A stretch of 64,000 bases of DNA from an uncultured Clostridia bacterium (GTDB taxonomy: Bacteria > Bacillota > Clostridia > TANB77 > UBA1234), in NCBI GenBank assembly GCA_934132775.1, contig CAKPAA010000007.1, positions 21,599 through 85,598 of the forward strand, read 5' to 3'. Numbering within the stretch: position 1 is the first letter of the stretch; each line of letters opens with the position of its first letter. Position numbers and translations under genes: made by a program. Shown one piece after another: positions 20,217 to 29,614 of the stretch. Below the pieces are notes generated by a model. That model saw only the letters and a list, made by a program, of their open reading frames with translations. It had not been told where the DNA came from and ran no database searches.

Positions 20217-20416
20217 CTTCTTTGTTAGTCTTAAAAGCTCTTACTACTCTAGACTAGCAAAATAATGATTTACGTTTTTTGTCAATACTCGCACAATATC
20301 GACTAAAAAACTTATTAAATCCTTTTACAACTTTGATTATAACCAATCGGTTTTAATATTGCAATAGTTATGTTCATTAAATTATTGTTACAAACTTGTT
20401 ACAGTTTTGTAACATA

Positions 20417-21784
20417 TTATAGGTATGCATCGAACAAGAATGAACCCATGTATACTTCCATAATTGGTTTTAATACTAATATTACGAATGCTATCATAAC
20501 TATACCCATGATAGACATACTTATTTGTGGTAATATCTTTATTGTTCTTTCTATTGTTATGTTTATTTCATCTTCCATGTACTCAACAATTTTGTTTATC
20601 ATATCGGTTATATCTGTTTCCATACCTATTCTAAGCATCTCTAATGCCATTCTTGGCATATTAGGCAAAGTTTCAAATGGTTCAACCCATGAATCACCTT
20701 GCTGTAAATTATCTGTCGCTGATTCAATAACAGATAAAACCACGTAGTTACTTACTGTTCCTTTACTTACTTCAAGAGCGTCTTGCAATTTAGCATTGTT
20801 AGCTAAGTTTAATTGCATAGCTTCAAAAAACTTCTGTAATTGAAGTCTTAATATAAGTCCTCCAAATACAGGCAATTTTAATTTAAACATATCCCATTGA
20901 TACTTTCCATGAATAGTAGACTTCCAAAGAATAAATGCTGTTACCAAGCCCGCTACCACTGCAACACCAATATACCAATATTTTATTACAAGCTTTATAA
21001 AATTTGACGCAGCCATAGTTGCTGCTGGAATTTGGTTTGTTAATCCCATGCTAGCATATAGGTCTTCCAATATTGGCACACCAACCATAATACCTACAAC
21101 TGTTCCAACTAGCATAAGCACTGCTTGTAGTAAAGGTCCAACTAAAGCTTTTTTCAATGCTTTTGTTCTTTTTGTACTTGTTTCTAAGTAATTCATTGCT
21201 TGAAACAACGCATTTGTAAGTGAACCTGAAAGTTCACCAACCTTGATTGTCTCAATATAAATATCTGGGAATATTTTATTGTAATATTCTAGTGTAGAAT
21301 ATATATATTCACCAGCTTCAACACCGTTTAGAATATCTTCAATAACACTTCTCATAGCTGGGTTATCTGTATTTTCTAATAATGTTGCCAATGCTCTTAT
21401 GTTAGTAAAATTTGCCCTTTTTAACAAGTATAAACTCTGTGTAAATGAAAAAACATCCTTTTTAGTTACTCTATATAAAAATGATAAATCGAGTTCAAAT
21501 GGAAGTTCTATTTCCATCTGCAAACCAGTTTTCTCTTTCTTTTTCTGATTTTCTATCATTTTTTGCTTTGCATATTTACTAACGGATGCACTTGAAGAGG
21601 TTATCGCATTCCTTTTTGCTTTCTTGTTGCTAAGTCCACCTAGTGCTTTACTTTGTTGAACTGATACAGGTTGTAGTCCATTATTTTTTAGTCTTTCCAA
21701 AACACTTTCACGTGATTCATCATCTATGGTGCCATTAACAACTTTACCATTTGACAGAACTGCTCTATATCTGAATTTAGCCAT
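20417..21784 (-). CDS. pilC: Type IV pilus platform protein (PilC/GspF family)
   Basis: PilC-like N-terminus (MAKFRYRA..G..V.G) and two T2SS-F domains in a polytopic membrane protein. Confidence 0.88.
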   Translation of the reverse strand: MAKFRYRAVLSNGKVVNGTIDDESRESVLERLKNNGLQPVSVQQSKALGGLSNKKAKRNAITSSSASVSKYAKQKMIENQKKKEKTGLQMEIELPFELDLSFLYRVTKKDVFSFTQSLYLLKRANFTNIRALATLLENTDNPAMRSVIEDILNGVEAGEYIYSTLEYYNKIFPDIYIETIKVGELSGSLTNALFQAMNYLETSTKRTKALKKALVGPLLQAVLMLVGTVVGIMVGVPILEDLYASMGLTNQIPAATMAASNFIKLVIKYWYIGVAVVAGLVTAFILWKSTIHGKYQWDMFKLKLPVFGGLILRLQLQKFFEAMQLNLANNAKLQDALEVSKGTVSNYVVLSVIESATDNLQQGDSWVEPFETLPNMPRMALEMLRIGMETDITDMINKIVEYMEDEINITIERTIKILPQISMSIMGIVMIAFVILVLKPIMEVYMGSFLFDAYL

Positions 21785-21822
21785 TGTTTTCTTCCTTTCT
21801 TATAAGTAATCTCAGCATAATT

Positions 21823-23472
21823 TTAATATGCTAATTTCTTCTTTACCTCACTTATTACTGTACGTCCATCTAGTACTTTATTAAAAGCATCTACAACAAG
21901 AGGTCTATATCCAGTTTCATAGGCTTTCTTTCTTATGTCGGTTATTGTGCCATCTGATATTATCAAATTTTTTATTTCTTCATCTACAATTAACATTTCA
22001 TTTGCAGCAATTCTTCCATAAAAGCCAGTGTAGTTGCATTTCTCGCATCCTACTGGTTCATATGTATGTTTACCTGTTAGGTCAAATTCATAATTATATC
22101 TTGTACCTATCTTTTTAAATTCATTTACTTCATCTTCTGTGAACTCTCTTTCTCTGCAACAATCTTTACATATTCTTCTTACAAGTCTTTGTGCTATTGA
22201 TGTTGCTAAAACGCTTCCTATATCGTAACTTGATATTCCAAGTTTTCTAAGTCTTGTGATAACCTCTATACTATCAACTGTGTGAATTGTTGACAACACA
22301 AAGTGACCTGTTTGACCTGCCTGTATTGCAATCTCAGCTGTTTCTTTATCTCTTATTTCTCCAAGTAGTATGATGTCTGGGTCTTGTCTTAAAATTGTTC
22401 TTAGTGAGTCAGCAAATGTAACCCTCTTATTTACTTCAACTTGATTTATTCCTGGGATTCTTATTTCAACTGGGTCTTCAACTGTTGTTATATTTATTTC
22501 GGGTCTATTCAACAAAGACAATGCACTATACAAAGTTGTTGTTTTACCTTCACCAGTTGGGGCCGCAATAACTGCAATACAGTTTCTCTTATTAAAGCAT
22601 TTATTCATAATTGTTTCTTGATCTGGATATCCCAACTCTTCCAAACCAGAAATTGTTGACTCTTTCTTCATAAGTCTTAATACAAACTTTTCACCGTATA
22701 TATTCATCTGTGAAGATACACGAATATTGTAGTCTGGATATGCTGTTATTCTACCATCTTGTGAAAGCTGTATTTCTTGGTGCATATTTGATATTGATTT
22801 TAATCTACCAATAACCTGCGCTTGCTTAGATTTTTCTATCGTAGCAATTATAAGTAACTCACCATCAATTCTGAACCTAACTCTTACTTTGTCATCCATT
22901 GGTTCGAAGTGAATATCACTCGCTCTTTTTACCATTGCAGATCTAATTATATTATCTATTAGCTGTGCTACGTCTTTTCCATAGGAATCAAAATTTTTCT
23001 CTTCTTCTGATTTCTTTTCTATGTCTCTAACTATATCATCTATGTATGATTCAAAAGTAACATAAACTTCCATTGAAAGACCTTTACTAAGCAATATTAA
23101 ACGTATCATCTTCTGTAAATCCTTATCTGATGGATCAGCAAAAGCAACTTTTATTCTATTCTCATTTAATTCAAAAGGTAATACCTTATGCTGTTTTACT
23201 ATATCCATTGACAAATACTTAGAAAAGTCAAAATTAAACATACCAGGCTCAAGTTTTATCCCCTTTACTCCAATACCTTCTGCAATTGTATTTAATAGCT
23301 CTTGTTCATCACATACTCCAAGTTTATGAAAAGCTTCTCCTAATTTCGTTCCTTTGTGTTCTCTTTGATATACAATTGCTTTATCTATATCAGACTCATT
23401 TATCAAGCCTTTTCTTATAAGCATAACACCTAATGGTGCTTTTTTCATTGTATTATTATCGAAGATTGCCAT
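21823..23472 (-). CDS. pilB: Type IV pilus assembly ATPase (PilB/GspE family)
   Basis: Walker A APTGEGKTTT, Asp/Walker B DPDIILLGEIRD, His box GHFVLSTIHT and a C-terminal tetracysteine. Confidence 0.92.
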   Translation of the reverse strand: MAIFDNNTMKKAPLGVMLIRKGLINESDIDKAIVYQREHKGTKLGEAFHKLGVCDEQELLNTIAEGIGVKGIKLEPGMFNFDFSKYLSMDIVKQHKVLPFELNENRIKVAFADPSDKDLQKMIRLILLSKGLSMEVYVTFESYIDDIVRDIEKKSEEEKNFDSYGKDVAQLIDNIIRSAMVKRASDIHFEPMDDKVRVRFRIDGELLIIATIEKSKQAQVIGRLKSISNMHQEIQLSQDGRITAYPDYNIRVSSQMNIYGEKFVLRLMKKESTISGLEELGYPDQETIMNKCFNKRNCIAVIAAPTGEGKTTTLYSALSLLNRPEINITTVEDPVEIRIPGINQVEVNKRVTFADSLRTILRQDPDIILLGEIRDKETAEIAIQAGQTGHFVLSTIHTVDSIEVITRLRKLGISSYDIGSVLATSIAQRLVRRICKDCCREREFTEDEVNEFKKIGTRYNYEFDLTGKHTYEPVGCEKCNYTGFYGRIAANEMLIVDEEIKNLIISDGTITDIRKKAYETGYRPLVVDAFNKVLDGRTVISEVKKKLAY

Positions 23473-23575
23473 TATAAATCCTCCTCTTTTGTATCAATTA
23501 TAAACCCTAATATTATTTTATAATATTTAAAATATAAGTCAATATAAAATGCTTAGTTTCAAACATTTACCAGCG

Positions 23576-23764
23576 CTACATCCTATCAGCTATATCATAT
23601 GCATTTTCTATATCAGAAGAGTATGTTTTTTGTAACTGTTCTATTTGAGACTCCTGCAAAACATAAGCACTAACACTTCTTCCATACAAAGCTATACCAT
23701 ATAAAGCAAGTACAAGCATTGACATTAACGCCGCCATTGTTATTGAACCTCTTTTTTTCCACAT
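23576..23764 (-). CDS. Minor pilin-like protein (short)
   Basis: Prepilin-like leader MWKKRG|SITMAALMSMLVLAL. Start is placed at the internal Met to avoid overlap with the upstream gene; the ORF track extends to 23830. Confidence 0.45.
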   Translation of the reverse strand: MWKKRGSITMAALMSMLVLALYGIALYGRSVSAYVLQESQIEQLQKTYSSDIENAYDIADRM

Positions 23765-23777
23765 ATTCTTCGCCCCT

Positions 23778-24248
23778 TTAATAACCTTTTCCAACTTTGA
23801 TATTATAGTCGGAAGTATAAACATTATCATCTTTTGTATAACTTAATTTTATTTTAATAATCTCTTGATTTTCTGCATTATCAAAACCAAATCCTACATT
23901 TGAAAGCTTGTCTGTTATTAAAACATTGTTTCTATATAGCTCATAAATATTAAACGTTTGATTTTCTTCATTTCTGTTATCAGAACTAAATTTAACAGTA
24001 TATTCTGTGCCATTGCTAAGTCTTAAATGTCTATCTGAAAATTCTAGCACTCTTTCAGAAGCTTTTATGTCATCTATTAAAAAAGCTTGCGCCTTTAACA
24101 CTTCGCTACTTTTGGTGCTCTTCACTGTTAAATCAGCTATCTGTGACATAAAATTAATATTCAAAAATGCAAGCGTGCCCAAAACAACAACCGACACAAT
24201 TATATAAACAGTAAGCGAAAGCATCGTTACACCTTTTTGATCATTCAT
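23778..24248 (-). CDS. Pilin-like/pseudopilin protein without Glu5
   Basis: MNDQKG|VTMLSLTVYIIVSVVVL N-terminus, in the pilus operon. Confidence 0.55.
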   Translation of the reverse strand: MNDQKGVTMLSLTVYIIVSVVVLGTLAFLNINFMSQIADLTVKSTKSSEVLKAQAFLIDDIKASERVLEFSDRHLRLSNGTEYTVKFSSDNRNEENQTFNIYELYRNNVLITDKLSNVGFGFDNAENQEIIKIKLSYTKDDNVYTSDYNIKVGKGY

Positions 24249-24704
24249 TTACATTTCCTCCTCAACTTTCAAAGTTTTTAGCTCTATTGTTCTTTTGCTC
24301 GAAGGGTCATTTTTCTTTGTGTAAAATTGTACTTCCGCATTTAATAATTTCACCTTTGAATCATCATAACTTACCCCATTTTTAGGTGGAAGATTTTCTA
24401 TCGTAGTTGTAACTGTTAAATTATATTTTTTTACTTCTGTTAACGTAGTTCTTTTTCCATTTTCATCTTCAATTACACGTGTGTCTGCTGGGTCATCTGT
24501 AATTGAATAATCCTCAATTCCAATAAGTTCACTCTCAACAGCCTTAATTAGATAAGACATAGCTATATTTTTTTGCTCTACAAGCCTATAATTTGCGCAA
24601 GTACCACTAAGCATTGATATAGCACAAGATAAAAATATTGAAATAAGCACTAATCCAACTCCAACTTCAACAAGAGAATAACCTTTTTGAGATTTAAATT
24701 TCAT
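24249..24704 (-). CDS. Type IV prepilin with a canonical N-terminal cleavage/methylation motif
   Basis: KG|YSLVEV gives Gly-1 and Glu+5, followed by a hydrophobic helix. Confidence 0.65.
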   Translation of the reverse strand: MKFKSQKGYSLVEVGVGLVLISIFLSCAISMLSGTCANYRLVEQKNIAMSYLIKAVESELIGIEDYSITDDPADTRVIEDENGKRTTLTEVKKYNLTVTTTIENLPPKNGVSYDDSKVKLLNAEVQFYTKKNDPSSKRTIELKTLKVEEEM

Positions 24705-24733
24705 ATTAAAACTCCTTCATACTTTAATTAAAA

Positions 24734-25540
24734 TTAAGCTATATTATTATTTATAAGAGTAGCAATTGGCATAAGATAATTAGTAAATATTATTGCAATT
24801 ACACTACCTATACTTAAAAAATATCCAAATGGTATTTCTTTATATTTTTTTATAACCGTTATTAGACTTCCAACAATAACAGCCAGCACAATTGAAATAA
24901 CTTGCATTCCAAAGCCAAGGAACAATCCTATCATCGCTATATATTTAATATCTCCAAAGCCGAATGGAAGTTTTTCATTTTTTAGCATCTTTTTAATAAT
25001 CACATCTATTAATATCAAAATCAATGGTATAACTAAAAATCCTAATAAATTATATAGCATACTTTCACTTAAAAATATTGCTTTATATAGTCCATTTGCC
25101 AAACCTATGAATATTCCATATAGCAACGCACCATCATGTATTTCAAGCTTTTCTTTATCAATTCCGCCTATTATGTATAATGCACACATAAACAAATAAA
25201 CAAAAAAAAGATTTATAAATTCATATATCGAACTATACACATCTATTTTAGCAAGTAATGCTATTAAAACAAATGTAAGTCCTGAAAAGATTTCTAATAG
25301 CACATATCTACTTCTTATTTTTTCTTTGCAATATCTGCACTTTCCACCTAAAAAAATGTAACTAAATATAGGTATCAAATCCCAAAAATTTAATCTATGA
25401 TTGCAAGTTGTGCAGTGTGATCTTTGATGTGTTATATCTTCTTTACGTGGCAATCTATATACTGCAAGTGAAAAGAAGCTTCCAAAAACAGAGCCACATA
25501 TAAATATTGCTAAGTATAATATAATGTTCATATCTTTCAT
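24734..25540 (-). CDS. pilD: Prepilin peptidase (A24 family, PilD)
   Basis: N-terminal Cys-rich zinc-binding region (HCTTCNHRL..DLIPIFSY..GGKCRYCKEKI) and a polytopic membrane body. Confidence 0.88.
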   Translation of the reverse strand: MKDMNIILYLAIFICGSVFGSFFSLAVYRLPRKEDITHQRSHCTTCNHRLNFWDLIPIFSYIFLGGKCRYCKEKIRSRYVLLEIFSGLTFVLIALLAKIDVYSSIYEFINLFFVYLFMCALYIIGGIDKEKLEIHDGALLYGIFIGLANGLYKAIFLSESMLYNLLGFLVIPLILILIDVIIKKMLKNEKLPFGFGDIKYIAMIGLFLGFGMQVISIVLAVIVGSLITVIKKYKEIPFGYFLSIGSVIAIIFTNYLMPIATLINNNIA

Positions 25541-25607
25541 TCCATTTCTTAAAAATTAAAGGATATACTAAAAATTAGCATATCCTTGATTTACATATAT
25601 TTGTTAT

Positions 25608-26012
25608 TTAGTCACCAGATGTATTATCAGATACGCTATCAAATTGTTGATAGTCTTCATAATTATTTCTTGTTGTAGTAACAGTCTCACTTGGTAAATC
25701 ATTGTCACCGTTTTCTCCCTTAAATGGGTTTACAGTTCCAGGAATATATCTGATTTCAGTCTGATAAATTTCAAGTTCTGATGGAGAAGTCGAGAATGTT
25801 TCAGTTGCATCTTGAGCATCTTGTATGCTTCCTACAACCTTGTAATTTTCTCTAGTTAAATTTACATATTTCTCAGCAGGAGGCACTTCCATTTTGTATG
25901 GAATACTGTCTTTAAAAACAAAAAAACCTGCACCACTAACAACAACTATAACTAGTAAAATTATAGCAACTTCTTTTAATATCAATAAAACTTTCTTATT
26001 TTTCATTAGCAA
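25608..26012 (-). CDS. Membrane-anchored hypothetical protein in the pilus operon
   Basis: Single N-terminal transmembrane helix, no recognisable motif. Confidence 0.5.
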   Translation of the reverse strand: MLMKNKKVLLILKEVAIILLVIVVVSGAGFFVFKDSIPYKMEVPPAEKYVNLTRENYKVVGSIQDAQDATETFSTSPSELEIYQTEIRYIPGTVNPFKGENGDNDLPSETVTTTRNNYEDYQQFDSVSDNTSGD

Positions 26013-26032
26013 ATCCTCCTTGTAAAACGGAA

Positions 26033-26632
26033 TTATACCTCTGGAGCATTTGGTGAAGTAACAACTCTTACACCTTCAACTCTAAAGTTTGCTTTTACTA
26101 TAGAATCTGAACTGCCACCTTGAATTGTGATTCCGTTAATTTCAAAATTTAAGTCCATATCATTTTCTAAGTCATAAATAAAATTGATTACGGAAATATA
26201 TTTGCCTGTTATATCAAATGTAAGTATATAGTTATCGTAATCAGGAGTCATCTTAAATTTTATGTCATTATCCGAAGCATAGTTTCCTATTTTTATCCAC
26301 AAATAATCAAGTAAGTATCTCTCAATTTTATTTGCCTCAGCAATATCTCTTTCAGATGCTGTTGCAGCAAGCATATCGTATTCTTGTTTTTTTGTTTCAT
26401 ATTTCTTTAATGAAGTTTCAACATTTCCTTCTTCAACGACTAACTCATTATTATTCTTGTTTTTCAAAGTAGTCAACTTAGAATCTAAATTTTCCTTATT
26501 ATTTTGCACTTCTTGATAACTTGGTATATTTATCTGTACAAAACCTAAGTCAAACTCATATCCTTGAGTAGCGAAAAGCCAAGTTACATATCCTGTAAGT
26601 CCAATTAACAATATTAGTAAAATTTTTTTCAT
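26033..26632 (-). CDS. PilO-like pilus assembly protein
   Basis: N-terminal signal-anchor, coiled-coil, then a C-terminal domain. ATGA overlap with pilMN. Confidence 0.6.
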   Translation of the reverse strand: MKKILLILLIGLTGYVTWLFATQGYEFDLGFVQINIPSYQEVQNNKENLDSKLTTLKNKNNNELVVEEGNVETSLKKYETKKQEYDMLAATASERDIAEANKIERYLLDYLWIKIGNYASDNDIKFKMTPDYDNYILTFDITGKYISVINFIYDLENDMDLNFEINGITIQGGSSDSIVKANFRVEGVRVVTSPNAPEV

Positions 26633-28404
26633 CTTGGCAATTCCCCCTCTATTTGAATTTTAATATTACTATCTACAATTGGTTTACTCATCTCAACATT
26701 TTGCAAAGCACCTTCTAATTTAATTTTAGAAACTAAATAACCTAACTGTGCATATTGTCCAGATTCCGCATTTATTGTTACAACACCAGTATCTTTTATC
26801 TCAATTGTTTTAACAGTAACATTTGCAGGCATAATAAACATCAATTTACTCAAAAAATTAGGAATATCATATGTTTTCCTAGTTTGTTTATTTATCTTTG
26901 CAAGTATCGTAGCAAGCTTATTTGTTATTTCTTCATAATTTGAAGAAAGTCCATCTAAATAACTTGCATCCGATTTTGCACTCGCTATTGCTGTATCAAC
27001 TTTTTCCGTTTCAGCAAGCACCGACTTAGTTTTTTCATCAATAAGCTTATTTGAATACATAGCCAAACCTGCATAAATAATAGTTGCCGAAAGTGTTAAT
27101 GCAGCTGCTCTTCCAAGCCACAAATCAAGCACACCAAATCCAACAACTTCTTCTGTCTCTTCCTCAGGCTGTTGAACATTAGCCTCGCCTAAGCTTGTTA
27201 TAGTTGCTCCAACTGGTTCACCATCATCAAAATCAACCTTAACTTTTCCTCTTCTTTTCTTGTTATACGTTCCTGGAGGAGCATTAAGCTTTTTAGAAAT
27301 TTCGTCAAATTTTTCTTTTACAAAATTAACTTTTTCTTTCAATTTAAAATCTCTCGAAAATTCCCTAAAAGGAGTTAAATTAGCAGCCTTTTTAGCAACA
27401 ACGTTAAAATCTAATTCTGTATTTTCTTTTCCAAGTCCGTCCATCGCAAGAGCAATAGCACTGTTTACCTCGATTATGTCTTTAACATTCGAAGCATTAG
27501 TATCTAAGAAATATGGTTTTAAAATTAAACATTCTTTTTCTGTGAAAACCTCACTAAAATATAAATCAATATTATTTATTATTGCACCGATTCCCGTTAT
27601 ATATATTCTCTTTATGTTCTTCATAAAAGGTGCAAGCTTATCTTCTACGTTTTGTCTAATTTCATACAACGTAGGTACTACTACATCCAGTATATCTCTC
27701 ATTTCTGCATCGTCAGTATCATAATTAGACTCTAAATATGCAGACACTTTTTTGCAAGCTTCATACGCTTTAGCTGCTGAATTATATTTGCTTGCAAGCC
27801 TATTTATTATCTCCCCAGCTCCTAATGGAAGATTATCAACGTATTGAATTTCACTAGCATGGAACACTGTTACAGTCGTCCTATCATCTATATTAACAAC
27901 TGCACATTCCTCATCTATTCCTTGATTTTCAAATAAATTCTTTAAACTAACTGCCAATGGCTCAATCGAGCTAACTTTATAATTTTCATAAGTGGTACCA
28001 ATATTAGCAATTTCAGTTTTTGAAGTAGTAACACAAATTATTCCATTTTTATCTTGAACACCAGAATTTTTAAAGACTATGAATCTAAGTTCAGCAACAC
28101 TAAGCGGAATACCTCTAGTTTTGCCAATTTCTTCGTATTCTGAATTTACTAAATCTGCAATATCTTTCATTTTCAAATTGCTAAAAACTTGTGTGTTATA
28201 ATATTCTTCATTTGTTAATGCCAAAGCAATTGGTCCTCTTTCCATACCAACCTCAAGTGCAATTTCATTAACTGTTGTTTGAATATTGTCATAGAATTTT
28301 ACGCCAAAAGCATCAACGCTGTATTTTTCTCCATTTCTTTCAGATGTTAGCTTTGCATACTTAACCATATTCTTATCTGTGTATAGTCCTAAACAACTTG
28401 GCAT
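26629..28404 (-). CDS. Fused PilM-PilN pilus assembly protein
   Basis: N-terminal actin-like PilM-type domain, a central transmembrane helix (LWLGRAAALTLSATIIYAGLAMY) and a PilN-like coiled-coil C-terminus. Fused pilMN genes are reported for Clostridial Tfp loci. Confidence 0.65.
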   Translation of the reverse strand: MPSCLGLYTDKNMVKYAKLTSERNGEKYSVDAFGVKFYDNIQTTVNEIALEVGMERGPIALALTNEEYYNTQVFSNLKMKDIADLVNSEYEEIGKTRGIPLSVAELRFIVFKNSGVQDKNGIICVTTSKTEIANIGTTYENYKVSSIEPLAVSLKNLFENQGIDEECAVVNIDDRTTVTVFHASEIQYVDNLPLGAGEIINRLASKYNSAAKAYEACKKVSAYLESNYDTDDAEMRDILDVVVPTLYEIRQNVEDKLAPFMKNIKRIYITGIGAIINNIDLYFSEVFTEKECLILKPYFLDTNASNVKDIIEVNSAIALAMDGLGKENTELDFNVVAKKAANLTPFREFSRDFKLKEKVNFVKEKFDEISKKLNAPPGTYNKKRRGKVKVDFDDGEPVGATITSLGEANVQQPEEETEEVVGFGVLDLWLGRAAALTLSATIIYAGLAMYSNKLIDEKTKSVLAETEKVDTAIASAKSDASYLDGLSSNYEEITNKLATILAKINKQTRKTYDIPNFLSKLMFIMPANVTVKTIEIKDTGVVTINAESGQYAQLGYLVSKIKLEGALQNVEMSKPIVDSNIKIQIEGELPR

Positions 28405-28426
28405 ATCTCTTCCCCTTTTCTCTAAA

Positions 28427-29254
28427 TTACTGAACTTCTACAACTTCACTTCCATTTGTATCGCCAGACTCTGTTGGATTAAATTCAAAGGTTTCAAATC
28501 TTCTTAAAAAAGTAAACATTTCAGCATATGTTAAGTTTTTAGCTAAACCTAATTCTTGTCCCTCAGTATCAAATCCAAGTAAAACCCCAGCTTCTTTAAA
28601 TTCATTTATCATGTCTTCTTCTGATAAAGTTCTATCCGAAAGTAAACTAAACATCAATGTTAAAAATTCTTTTCTAGATATATCTCCAAAATATGGTTTG
28701 ACGTGATATGTTACAAGCTCTTTATATTTTACTGCTCCCATATTCTTCAACACATAAGATTTATAAGAATCCTCACTAATTTTAACCGCCGCACTATATT
28801 TAACAAGTGATAAATATAAGTCTATAGTTTTTACATTATCTCTCGTTAACAAATTTGAATTGGTATTTATTGTTTTTCTTATATGTTCTGCATATCCAGC
28901 AACATTTCTATATTCCTTTGGACTTAACGATTCCTTATCCAAATATGAATTTATCTCACCAACAATTCCATCTAACGCTTTGTTAAAATTGTTAGAAGAA
29001 TTATGTTGTATTACACTATTTTTAGGCACAACATTTTTATATTTCAAATAATTTATTAATATCGAATAAAAGTTTTCAAGTGATACCTTATTATTCAACG
29101 CAGAATTATTTGAAAGCGAAGTAAGCTTTTTTTCTCTAGCCCACTCATAGCCTGGAGTACCCCACCAAGCAGCAAATACCGTTGTAGACATCATTGTTAA
29201 AAGCATAGTTAATACAAAAATTAACATCATTATCTTAGAATTTATCTTCTTCAT
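28427..29254 (-). CDS. Secreted hypothetical protein, first gene of the pilus operon
   Basis: Signal peptide MKKINSKIMMLIFVLTMLLTMMSTTVFA. Start taken at the second Met, 8 nt after the RBS AAGGTG. Lies 22 nt upstream of pilMN. Confidence 0.5.
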   Translation of the reverse strand: MKKINSKIMMLIFVLTMLLTMMSTTVFAAWWGTPGYEWAREKKLTSLSNNSALNNKVSLENFYSILINYLKYKNVVPKNSVIQHNSSNNFNKALDGIVGEINSYLDKESLSPKEYRNVAGYAEHIRKTINTNSNLLTRDNVKTIDLYLSLVKYSAAVKISEDSYKSYVLKNMGAVKYKELVTYHVKPYFGDISRKEFLTLMFSLLSDRTLSEEDMINEFKEAGVLLGFDTEGQELGLAKNLTYAEMFTFLRRFETFEFNPTESGDTNGSEVVEVQ

Positions 29255-29390
29255 TATTTCACACCTTTTCACGTAATTTTATAACATATTTATCACTTGA
29301 TTAAGCTTTCTCGCCTAAGGACTGCCGTATTTCATAATTCGATAATATTTTATATATTTAAGTAATTAAAATCAACGTTTGTTACAAAAA

Positions 29391-29418
29391 TGTAATGAAT
29401 ATGTAATATAAATGTAAT
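29391..29418 (-). promoter_or_regulatory. Three direct repeats (TGTAAT core, 11-bp spacing) upstream of the pilus operon
   Basis: TGTAAT at 29391, 29402 and 29413 on the plus strand, about 140 nt upstream of the first operon gene. One helical turn of spacing suggests a response-regulator-type binding array. Confidence 0.35.
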
Positions 29419-29489
29419 ATAATTTTATTTGCTTTTATTATTGCCATTTTTTATGAATTTATCCAGTTAGATCTGCCAATTTCAGGCAT

Positions 29490-29522
29490 AAAAAAGATTT
29501 GTGCATATATTTACTACACAAA
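29490..29522 (-). terminator. Probable rho-independent terminator of ileS
   Basis: Short hairpin tttgtg...cacaaa with a U-tract on the minus strand. Confidence 0.35.
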
Positions 29523-29614
29523 CCTTTTTCTCTTTATAAAAATGCATAAAATTTTCAATTTTCATTCTCTAATCATCAAAGTTTTTTCATTCTTGCATTT
29601 TCTATTAAATTTAA

